A stretch of 61,064 nt of DNA, filler included, from Sphacelaria rigidula (Eukaryota): NCBI GenBank assembly GCA_964200075.2. It is 6 parts of 6 records of this genome, joined end to end, with 100 filler letters (N's around TTAATTAATTAA, not from the genome) between each part and the next. Parts side by side here need not be neighbours in the genome. Positions count along the whole stretch, not along the records: positions 40,779 to 50,871 come from CAXNAA020007161.1; positions 50,972 to 61,064 come from CAXNAA020007162.1; 4 more parts are not named here. The stretch is one strand, 5' to 3'. The notes under the pieces were generated by a model, which ran no database searches, was not told where the DNA came from, and saw only the letters and a list, made by a program, of their open reading frames with translations. The position numbers and the translations under genes are program-made. The stretch's first letter is position 1. Each line of letters starts with the position of its first letter. This document shows positions 49,892 to 60,160 of the stretch, in pieces.

Positions 49892-50131
49892 ATGCCGCGG
49901 TAGCCTCCCCCCAAACTAGCCCCAAAACTCTCACGAAAAAAATGGCCATACATCGCATGATAGCTGGTTTTTGACTACATGAAGCGCCACATGTGGGCGA
50001 CATTGGCAGGAACGATCCCAAGCATGGGGGTTCCCGACCGCTCGGTGTCTTCGGCTTTTGTCGTTCTCATTTACAGATGGCTTTTGCCCCCCTCAAACCA
50101 GCCACTTCCCTGGCGGGGGCTAGCGCGGCAT
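49892..50131. mobile_element. Variant of the CTACGATAGCCCC MITE family (copy C), nested in another MITE
   Basis: Body homologous to copy B; own TIR ATGCCGCGGTAGCC pairs with GGCTAGCGCGGCAT. Confidence 0.75.
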
Positions 50132-50502
50132 TAGTTATACCGTGTAGGTCTATTGCAACTATTGTCGGTCGACAATAGTTGCAATAGGCCTATACACCGC
50201 CCAGTGCAGTTTTGGTCTATTGCATCTATTGACCATATATCGTGTTGTCTGTGTTCAGGTTGTGGTAAGTTTCAACGGTCGGACGGGTCATGGTCGCTTC
50301 CAATCACCAATATCTACGATTGCTGAGGCCTGAGTGCTCCGAAGAGACGAAACAACGTCGACTGCGGGTCAGAAACGTCTCTACAATGGGCAATTTTTGC
50401 GCTATTCCACGTTCCTGGTGTGCGTGTACCTTCAGGTTCAACTCTGAAAACAAGACCAAAGGATTTATTCGTGGGGTACAAATCAAGTACAACTGAAACC
50501 GA

Positions 50503-50743
50503 CACTTTCTACGATAGCCCCCCCCCCCCCCAAAAAAAAAGTGACTGGTTTTGGAAGGCAAAATCTTCGCGTAAATCGGATCGGAAAAAGCCGAGCACAG
50601 TGAGCAGCAGAGAATTCCCACGCTTGGGTTTATATTCGCCAATGTCGCCCATATAAGGCGCTTCATGCAGCCTGAACCCAAACATCAGGCGCTGTATGAT
50701 CATTTTTTTCGTGACACTTATAGGCTGGTTTCTTTGGGGGGGG
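50503..50743. mobile_element. CTACGATAGCCCC MITE family, copy D
   Basis: Starts CACTTTCTACGATAGCCCC; colinear with copy A once the nested insert is removed. Confidence 0.85.
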
Positions 50744-50871
50744 CGTACTCATTTGTTGCTTGCCTTAGTCGTTTGACTATTCACCACGTATCCCTTTCGA
50801 GACGGAGCGGGGGGGGGGGGGGGGGGTTACGGTGGAAAGGAGCAGCAAAATGTGTGGTGGAGCGGAGAAAT

Positions 50872-50971
50872 NNNNNNNNNNNNNNNNNNNNNNNNNNNNN
50901 NNNNNNNNNNNNNNNTTAATTAATTAANNNNNNNNNNNNNNNNNNNNNNNNNNNNNNNNNNNNNNNNNNNN
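50872..50971. other. Artificial contig linker
   Basis: N run with TTAATTAATTAA. Confidence 0.99.
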
Positions 50972-51670
50972 GCCACTTCCCGAGACAGCCACATCTTATA
51001 CACTGCCTCATGGGTGTCTCATTAGCGGGGGCCGCGGGATTGGACGATCTGAAGATTGATACTACTGCCAGAAACATGAACGGGTTTCGACGTGATTTGG
51101 TCGGCCTCCTTGACGCATAGGCGCCGCCGTTCAGTACTTTGTTGTGTGTGACGACGTTATTCTTGTCATGAGTTTTTTTCCCTCTTGAAACCTTCAGACC
51201 GTACAGCAGTTACAATAGTTCGTTCCTTTGAGACCATTTTTCTTGTACACGTCTCGAGTATTGTGAACCACTGCTCTAGCAGCAAGGACCTGAAAAGCTG
51301 TTGGCCGAACGAAGTATCAAGTGTATTGTCGGTCATGATGTAGTACGCAGCTCTGAAATGGCGGGGTTATCATAGAAGGACTAATTCAAGTACCTTAACA
51401 TATTAAAAATGACCTTGATTTTTCCTGGGTGGCACAGATGAGGCAGTGCAGAATTTTCCCCGTGAAGGTCTTCTGAAAGGCAAGTTTGCATTGTTTTCCC
51501 ATGGTGATTGCCTGGGTATGTAGCCAATCCACTGCGTATGGGGGACCAACTTCTGTTTTGCTTCAGCTGCGGTGTTTAAGGACTGGCTCAGTGGTCCATT
51601 TTCTTCCTTGTTTGTGCTGTCTGTCATGATCTACTGGAGTCCGATAGGCATTCATCGCATATCCTCTGAA

Positions 51671-52225
51671 CGCGTTTCCGAAAGTCTGCAGTGATCAGCT
51701 CGAGTTGCTCTCTTTCGGCACCAAGAGGGCAACTCTTCCGGGTTGCTGCTCGCAGCTACTCCTGTCGTGTATAATGATAACTAGCGAGAATGGCAACTCT
51801 CCTGCTGCAACGGCCTTGTTCGTGATGTTTGAAATGAGGCAAATGATGAATACACGGTGAAGTGAGCCGTGGGTGGCTCATGTTCATTTTTTTCGTCCTT
51901 GACAATGGCCACGCACGGCTCGCCTTGCATTGATTGCTGAACTCTACGTTTGCTCTGGCTCATTTTCCGTGGACCCGCTATACGCTGCCCTTGACTCCTC
52001 GCACAACGACATGGCCGCCTACGAGAAGGCGAGCCGTGCGTGGCTTTTCATAATTTGCCTCATTTTTATACCATGAGCAAGACCACCGCAGCAGGAGAGT
52101 TGCCAGTCTTGCCAGTCATCATAACATACGACGGGAGAGCCTGCGAGCAGCAACCCGGGAGAGTTGCCCTCGTTGTGCCGAAAGAGAGCAGCTCGAGCTG
52201 ATCACTGCAGACTTTCGGAAATACG
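51671..52225. repeat. Long diverged inverted repeat (arms 51671-51926 and 52026-52225, ~100-nt spacer)
   Basis: TTTCCGAAAGTCTGCAGTGATCAGCTCGAG...GCCACGCACGGCTCGCCTT is mirrored by AAGGCGAGCCGTGCGTGGC...CTCGAGCTGATCACTGCAGACTTTCGGAAA. The left arm has about 55 extra bp. Confidence 0.92.
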
Positions 52226-52897
52226 ATTCTTTTGTGTCAGCGTGATGTTTGCCAGCGTATACCTCGTAGAGATTACACCTTCGATAACCTGCTTTGTGAT
52301 GTCTCAGCATGTCGATTTCCGCACTTGTTGTGCGAAAGGAAGTGTACGTCTTCGAAGCTGTCGACTTCGTGAGGTATACACGCCCTGAATACCAAGTGTT
52401 AAACGGCGAAAACATAACGCGTTGCCGAAACTCCGCATAGACGCGGATCATTGCGAAGCACCAGCGGAGGGGCTCCTTGTTGACCCACACTAGACTGCTC
52501 TGTATACACCACCAGTGGTTTGAGTTGATTCGAGCGCTTCGTCGTGATCATCGCCTCACCCGACTAGAGTCCGTCGTTCTCGTAGACTTGAGTCGTCACA
52601 AAATTCGAGTGTTCTCGTGCTCATCTTGTGGGCCGCTATAATGGTTTGTATCATCACGCGAGCCTGTCTCGCTTGGCTCGTTGAGGTCTCTCGTAGCGCT
52701 TGTCACAAAAATGAAGCCTGATGACGGTCGCCCTTTGGTGAGAGTTTCATGTCGGACAAAATGGAACGCTCAAAAGAGTGATGAAAATGTATGTATGCGC
52801 GCATGATTTTCTTTAGTATTGACGGGTCTGATTTTTTGTCGCACACTGCCTGATTCGCTACTCCAGCCGCGGTCACAAAAATGGAAGTCCGAGGGGG

Positions 52898-52969
52898 AAA
52901 CTAGTGTAGTGGTCAGTACACCACATTGTGGCTGTGGGAACCTGAGTTCGATTCTCGCATTGGACACCA
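52898..52969 (+). pseudogene. tRNA-His(GUG)-derived sequence with encoded CCA
   Basis: D arm TAGTGTAGTGGTCAGTAC; perfect anticodon stem CCACA/TGTGG around TT-GTG-GC; GAGTTCGATTCTC; ends GGAC-A-CCA. The acceptor stem does not pair. Confidence 0.85.
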
Positions 52970-53074
52970 TGTAACGGATATTTCAGAAAAGTAGGCTTAT
53001 ATTGACTACTAGCAAGGCTTCGTGATAGGAGCTGCCTGGATGTACAGATGAGCAATGCTATGGTAGGGGTTACA
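52970..53074 (-). mobile_element. Putative short (105-bp) LTR abutting the tRNA-His CCA
   Basis: TGTAAC...GTTACA inverted ends. On the minus strand ...GTTACA is followed directly by TGGTGTCCAAT..., which is PBS geometry. No partner LTR seen. Confidence 0.55.
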
Positions 53075-53349
53075 CTTTTTGTTTCTGGGTCTCTTTTTTG
53101 TTGGAGCCCAAATTATTTGTGCTGTCGAGGTGTACGGTTCGTCCGACGAACCAGGGTCTTTGTCAGCGAATAGCTGTTTCTATGCCCTCTCATCCCTTCC
53201 TCTCGCGAGGTCTCATGTAGGAGAGCACGTTTCCTGTTGGCTCGCGGAAATGGTCGGATGCACCGCAGGAAATAGAAGGTGATAAGCAGCTTGTAGTCGG
53301 TCTTTTTTAAAGGTCACGTTGAGGAGTTGCAGGGGGGGACTTCGAGAAC

Positions 53350-54690
53350 TTCAGCTTTCAAAATCCAGATCTTGAGATCTTGTGGTGCTGTCGATATTCC
53401 TCTGTCGTAAAGCACTCCACCGGACTTCTTGTACTTTCACTGCGCAATTCGGATCCGGCGTTTGAGCCGGGGGGTTGCGTTGGCCTTCCGTTGACGGGTG
53501 TTGCAAGGTAGGCAAAGCTCTGTATTTGAGCATGTGGTTGCCCCCGCGGCCATGATGTTCATCTTGCCCACTTGATGGCGATGCAGATATGCACATGGTC
53601 TCCGTCTTCTTCTCGTCAGCCCCAATGCTTAGTACGCTCTGAAATTGGATGTCATCTTGGCGACGCTCGCCTGTGACCTTGAAACAGTTCCAGCGTCAAT
53701 GGCGTACAGCATAGCTCATCATAGTTATTGCCGACGTGCCTTGTGTATGCCCTCCTCTCCAGCCCTCACTTCTACGGGCTGCTTAACCACATTCTCCTTC
53801 TCGTAGCCTTGGACCGGCGTACGTTCTGCCCGTTGTGCCCCCTCCTTGTCTCCCCCTCCCCCCCCCCCCCGTCCGTTCCTCTCCATTACTTGCACCACGC
53901 CTTTGAGTACTGTTCTCTCTCGTGGAAGCCTTTCTTTTGCTGCGTTCGGGACGGCGATGAAAAATGTGCGAAGTAGCAGCGGGGCTAAGCACGCACCCTT
54001 GCCCCTGTCCGATTGCGAACCAATTTGATAGTTCTCCATCATTCATGTGTACGCAGCCCTGCATCTTGTCGTGGACTGGGCGGATGACCGCGACCGTCTT
54101 GGCGCGCATCCCGAATCGCCCAAGCATGGCCCAGGGTACCGACGATTGAGGCATTCGCTTTCGCCAGGTCAGTAAAGCACTCGTACTCTACCGAGCCCAT
54201 GTAGTCTGTGCATCACGAACATTATACGTGTGTTGAGCCTCGAGTGCGGAGCTCACACTGTTCTTCTGGGAGGATTATGTTACGCCCCAGGTGTGCGCTG
54301 GGCTGGCTCACGATAATCTTCAGGGGGGCTTCCTCGGCGCGTGCCATTAGTGACATGCCCATGTATTTACCACAAATTAGCCACTGCTTCGTGTGCGCTT
54401 GATAGCAGCGTCCTTTTCATTACCGGGAAACATTATTTTCTGTCCCCACCTTGACAATGATGTCGTGAAGCTTCGGGAGGACGGTGTACTTCTCCCGCAT
54501 ATCTGATTTCAGCAGTTCCGCAGGTAGATCACCAGGTCATGTTGTCTTCCCCTTCGCAGAAATACCTAATGCGTCTTTGGTCTCCGTGATTGTCGGCGCG
54601 GTCGCGAGCGATATATGGACTGGGATCTGCGGAATCTGCATCACGATGCTGGGGTCGACGACGCCGACCCTCGCGTTCTGTGGCTTAATA
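53350..54690 (-). pseudogene. Degenerate non-LTR retrotransposon (RTE-like LINE) reverse transcriptase
   Basis: FTDLAKA; W.MLGRFGM...VAVIRPVHDKMQGCVHMNDGELSNWFAIGQG(..)QGCVLSP; MLYAIDAG (decayed YADD); many frameshifts. Confidence 0.85.
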
Positions 54691-56246
54691 TGAAAGTATC
54701 AACTCTATCTCTTTCGAGGATATCCGCCGGATATATCTGCAAGCCACCCTCGTAGCCCTCCATGTGTTGAGATTGGTGGTCCTTCGATCCCTCCAGGTTT
54801 ATCCCTTTTGAGATGAGCGTGTAGAGTAGTTTACAGCTGAAACAGGGGTTCACGTATTTTCTTCAGAGTCGGCGATTTCCAATAGTGTTTTCTCGTACCA
54901 CCGCTTATCTCAGGGAATGTTCAATCCAAAATGTTGGGGATCGGGAGATACTAGGCAGCCCCTGCGCATTCCGAGACAAAACAATTTCTGCACTCAATAT
55001 TGAACGACCTCCGGGATGTCCGGTTTTCGGGGGTCCTGCGACTACCCAGCCCCAGGTTCTAATCCTTGGGTATTTCTGCTCTATTGAAGCGATCCCGATT
55101 GTTTTTTTGCACAAATGTGAAGGATTTATTTTTCATTCCTATCTACGCATTGTGCTACAGCCAAACACTGTGTTATTTGGACCAGTGACGGTCGAAAACA
55201 CCACCTGATACACGAGGTAATTCCTCTGTATCACCTCGACAACATCAAATGAGCATTGTCCCTGAGCACGATCTCTTACTTTTCCCATTATCTATCGACC
55301 CTAAGACTTTCGAGTGTTATGGAAGAGCACTCTATAGAAGATAATTCAGAGAAGTACTCAACTACAAAAGTTGTCCAACCGCAACTACAAAAGTTGTCCA
55401 ACCGAGCTCTGTATAGCATAGGGGGGGGTGAACCAATCCCGATCGCTCTCGTGAATTATTATACAGGCCCTTGATTTTTATTTATATCTATCCATTATGC
55501 AAGAGCCGAAAAAAATGTGTTTTGGAACAAAAACGGCCAATGGTGTTGATCAAGCCGATAACCACTGAGCTACCCAGTGAGCGCTGACTGAGTAGCTCAG
55601 TGGTTATCGGCTTGATCAACAAAAGCTAGTGCCCGAAGTCCGTCTAGGTGTGAGACGGTCAAGCCACGAACTTCGATGTCACCCCGGGGTTGCAACCTCT
55701 GTGATCAGCGCTACTTACTTGCCCGGAATAATATCCATCTGAACGAAGAACCGGAATAATATCCATCGGAAGCCCGCAAGGAGGATTATCGGCAATTTTC
55801 TGACCATGACCAACTGGCCAAGAAAATTGCGTCACGGGTGAGAGTCGAACTCCGGACTTGAACTTTTGATGAGCATGCCGACAACCACTGAGCTAGTCAG
55901 TTAGCAAGAAAATTGCGTCGCAGGTGAGAATTGAACTCTGGACTTGAGCTTTTGTTGACCACGCCGATAACCACTGAGCTACTCAGCTAGCTTTTGTTGA
56001 TCAAGCCAATGCCCACTGAGCTACTCAGTCTCAGCTTTTGTTGACTGAGTAGCTCAGTGGTTATCGGCTTGATCAACAAAAGCTCAAATCCGGAGTTTGA
56101 TTCTCACCCGTGACGCAATTTTCTTGGCCTATTGACTACGGTCAGAAAATTACCGATAACCCTCCTTGCGGACTTCCGATGGATACTGTTCTGGCTGTTC
56201 ACTCCGATGGATATTATTCCGGGCAAGTGAGCAGCGTCGATTACGG

Positions 56247-56597
56247 CACACGCGGCCATTTGACAACCACCGGAGTTCCGCCAGAGCGGTCAATTTTCGA
56301 GCCTACCGAGGGATTAAGCGCCTCCAGAGGAATTAAACGCCTCGAGAGGAGTAGTTTCTTGTTTCCTCCAGAAAGATTAAACGCCTCCGGAGGCTTGTTT
56401 TGTCTCTGGAAGGCCGCGCGTCCCTCCGGAGGCATTTTGCTACCCCCAAATTCCTCCGGAGGGGTGCGGGACCCATCAGAGCGGTCGCTTGTGGTTTTCT
56501 CCAGAGGGATTCGAAGCCTCCGGAGGCTTGTTTTGCCTCTGGGTAGCCGCGCATCCCTCCGGAGGCATTTTGAGGGGTAGCCAAATGGCCACGTGTG
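56247..56597. mobile_element. MITE with CACACG(C/T)GGCCATTTG TIRs (CACTA/CMC-like), inserted in array unit 2
   Basis: 16-bp TIR with 1 mismatch; absent from the other units; many internal CCTCCGGAGG palindromes. Confidence 0.88.
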
Positions 56598-56943
56598 AGG
56601 GGTTGCAACCCTGGGGTGGAATCCAAGTTTGTGGCATAACAGCTAGACGGACTTTGGCCATTAGCTTTTGTCGATCAAGCCAATACCACTGAGCTACTCG
56701 GTCAGCAGACTCAGTCAGCAGTCAGCAGTCAGCAAGTAGCTCAGTGGTTATTGGCTTCATGAACGAAAACTAGTAGCCGAAGTCCGTCTACTGTATAGCT
56801 GTTATGCCACGAACTTCGATTTCACCCCAGGGTTGCAACCCCTGGAATCAACGCTGATCACTTGCCCGGAATAATATCCATCGGAATGAACAACCGGAAT
56901 GATATCCATCGGAAGTCCGCAAGGAGGGTTATCGACAATTTTC

Positions 56944-57201
56944 CAAGGATCGGACACGTTAATGATTAACGTCCAGAAATTACGTGATTTACTGCGATCG
57001 ATTCGTGCGATACGAATCAATCCTTAGGCTTTGTTTCCAGCGTTTCAAGCCAGCTACGCGCAGCCCAGGCACGTGGAATGGCGCAAAAGTGGCGTGGAGA
57101 CCTGTTCGACTAGCGGTCGACTTTTTTCTCCCTTTCGATCAATCAGGCCTAAGAAATCGTGGATTTGGTGATTCGAACCGGCGATGATCCGTCCGAACCG
57201 T
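56944..57201. mobile_element. MITE (hAT-like by CA...TG ends and possible 8-bp TSD) inserted in array unit 3
   Basis: Ends CAAGGATCGGAC and GTCCGAACCGTG; flanks CAATTTTC and TAATTTTT; inverted homologue at about 50275-50485. Confidence 0.7.
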
Positions 57202-59345
57202 GTAATTTTTTTGCCATGATCAGTTGACGAAGGAAATTATGTCACGGGTGAGAATGAAACCCTGGACTTGGGTTTTGTTGATCACGCCAATAACCACTGA
57301 GCTACTCAGTCAGCGCTGACTGAGTGGTCATCAAGAAATTTGTGTCACGGGTGAGAAAATTGCCGATAACCCTCCTCGCGGACTTCCGATGAATATTATT
57401 CCGGTTCTTCATTCCAATGGATATTATCTCATTCAAGTGAGCATCATTGATTCCAGGGGTTGCAACCCTGGGGTGAAATCAAAGTGCGTGGCTTGACAGC
57501 TAGAAGACGGACTTCGGACACTACTCTATGTAGCTCCTTTTTTTGTTGATGAAGCCAGAAAGCACTGAGCTACTCAGTCAGGGCTGACTGAGTAGCTCCC
57601 TGACTGAGTAGCTCAGTGCTTATTGGCTTCATCAACAAGTGGCACCCTCATCAATTCAGCACGAAAGGCGTTCAATTTCGAGCGCGGAAATCATTCTTGC
57701 TTCGGAATGTGGGCGGATGCTTAGTTCCTCCCCATCCCCAACGTTGTGGCCAAACTTTCACTGGGATGAGCGGTGGTATGCGCAAAAACTAATAAAAATG
57801 GCCGACTACGGAAAAATTACAAAAAAAAGCATCTGTTGTTTCAGCTGAAAACTACTGTTGGCTTTTTTTTATCACCGTCCGCCCGGTCGGAGGCGTTCTG
57901 CGTGGTTGTCCACGTATATAATGGTTGTCTTGAGCTACTTGAGCGTTTCGTCTATCGTGAATACATCATTCCGGGTTGGCTTTCCGCGCGTCATGTCTCA
58001 CCAACCATGCATGCATGGGGGTGTCAATTTGTGCGTGAGTGGTGAAGTCGCCCCATCCGACTTGACACGCTCATCGCCACACGGGTTGGATTACCTCGCT
58101 CGGTACGATACAGACGATGTCAATGAAGGGGGTGACTGGGCCATCGATGGTGGGTGTTGTTGTAGGGAGTGACGTTAAGCGGAGTTGTGCTCCGATGGCG
58201 CGGACCACCTCCCCTCTGACAGGTCGGTTCGAGTTGTCTGCGGTCCGATTATTTTGTTTACACCTCCGTTGGAGCGGTCGTGTTTCTGACTGTTGGTGGC
58301 AATTTGAAATCGGTTTTGTAATCGCGTCCAAACATCTACGATTGGATCATCAGAATGCCTCTTCACTATACTTGTTCCTTTGCCTGAACCTGCACTTCAC
58401 ACGCGACGGTCTACGTGGCGCATTAGGACATACAAAACAGTCGAGCCGGTATCTCGTCCTCTGCCAGGTAGGGTTTTGTTCCCTCGAACGTGTGTGATGT
58501 GCCTCCCTTGCGTGTGCCGAAACTAGTGGTCGCAGCGAAAATCGGTCCTTAGCATGTCGTTATCGCTCTTATGTCATAACGTGTGCACCTATTTACCACC
58601 CCACTGTTGGTACTCTCGCGTTGGCCACTGCGGGGATTTGCATCCATCAGAATCAGAGCTTGTTCTTTTGGGGGTGCAATTGTCGTTATGTTGTCCAGTT
58701 CGGTCCAGAACTCGGATTTCACGCCCAGACTTGCGCACTTGGTTGAAGCCCATGCTACAATGAAAGTCAGCTAGGTGTTTGTGTCTGTTTTCCGGGTTCG
58801 TATCCTCGTCGGTCATTCGTCAAAGGTAAGGTAAGACGAAGATCATGGAAAATAACCCCTCTTACACATTAAACAATAACACTGGATTTGAAGGTAAGTT
58901 TAATTCCAATAATGAGAGATTTCCTATCTGCCACAGCGTGTTTGCTCGCGTGTCCTTTCGCAGCCGCACCTCACGTCCGCGTTTACGGAAGCGCTGAGGT
59001 TGCACGAAAAACGAGGGCCAAACATACTTCCTGTCGTTGTATTCGCTTTCGTGTCGAAAGTACAGAGATACCCACAATCGCCCCAGTCCAACGTAGTGGA
59101 ACAGACAGGTGGAACAAAAATCGGAGAAGCTTCAGATCACACAAACACGTCCATCCGCACAAACCTTGTGTACGGTACAAGTTTGTGCAGCCGAGCGGCG
59201 GCGGCGCACATAGAATAGCTGGGTTGACTACCCACGTGGCGGGGGTGAGGTCCGATTTGCTATTATCTTGCTGGTGCTACTGTGGTATCGTGTTTCGTCG
59301 GGAGGAATCGTGCAAGGGGAGCATTGAGAGAGCACAGACAGGGAT

Positions 59346-59477
59346 ATGGAACCCCGACCTCTGTTATCGAGGAGCAGCGGCTCGGCCATGATGAGGGCTG
59401 GTCGTGTAGCTGTGCTAGTGGGGTCGGTGCTCGGGGGGAAGTCTGGAGTTGTCGTGGCTGATGATTACAACCATAAG
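59346..59477 (+). CDS. Possible first exon of a signal-peptide protein, TM9SF/nonaspanin-like
   Basis: MEPRPLLSRSSGSAMMRAGRVAVLVGSVLGGKSGVVVADDYNHK|gtgtgt. A hydrophobic stretch followed by ADDYNHK resembles the D...H.Y start of mature TM9SF proteins. No downstream exon confirmed. Confidence 0.35.
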
Positions 59478-59657
59478 GTGTGTATGTGCGTGTACGCGTT
59501 GGTGTCCGGATTCCTGGGGTGCAGGAGGTGTGGGTGGTTGTCTGTTAAGTGTCTGTACTTGGCTGTCCTGATGGGATTTTGCTGTGTGCAATATTAATCT
59601 GTTTCGTGTATGGTTCTCTGTACTTTATTGTACTACTGTACTACTGTACCGCTACTC

Positions 59658-60160
59658 GGTCGCCCCGGTGGCTCAGTTGGTAACCTCGTAACCTTCTGAT
59701 GGTTGAGTAGAGGGGTTCGATTCCCGGAGTAATCTGGAATATTTCCTCACACCATGCTCAACAGTGGAGAGTGACTATGTCGTGGGTACACAAAGTTCGA
59801 CTTAACGGTTGACGAGGGAAAGGTACAGCGGAACCCCTCTTGCGATAAAAAATGAAGGCAAGCACCGCAGACCGGAGGGGGGGCGGGGGGGGGGGCGAAA
59901 GCAGTTGTTGCTTGCGTGGGTACGGTGATCATGTGCCACGCGGAGCACCGTTCCTACTCCTAATAGAGACACCTCCAACATTCTGGCGCTCATTACTTTC
60001 CTTCGCAGACCGGAGGGGGGGTATTAAAAACAAATAAAGAAGAAAAAGCTCCTGTGTTGACCGTCCTCCTGTGACCCGGGCCGATGCGTCTACATATACC
60101 GAAAGGTGCAGACTGGTGCCCAGAATAAATGGGACGACAACACACAACAACACACACACT
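59658..60160 (+). mobile_element. tRNA-derived SINE
   Basis: A box TGGCTCAGTTGG, B box GGTTCGATTCC, CA-rich tail; colinear with 48471-48816 plus an internal extra segment. Confidence 0.88.

Larger units (their letters stand above)
55544..57637. repeat. Alternating-orientation array of ~320-bp tRNA-headed units with palindromic end caps
   Basis: Units at 55583-55905, 56043-56707 (inverted), 56734-57313 and 57314-57582 (inverted, partly deleted). Each is bounded by full or partial inverted copies of GCTGACTGAGTAGCTCAGTGGTTATCGGCTTGATCAACA. Array ends are TGTTGAT...ATCAACA. Confidence 0.9.

Noticed and set aside
52898-52969. Functional host tRNA-His gene
   Set aside because: The acceptor stem cannot pair, the T stem is imperfect and CCA is encoded; it is better read as a retro-copied sequence.
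55544-57637. CRISPR array or functional tRNA gene cluster
   Set aside because: The repeats alternate in orientation, the intervening sequences are homologous rather than unique spacers, there are no cas genes, and the heads do not fold into cloverleafs.
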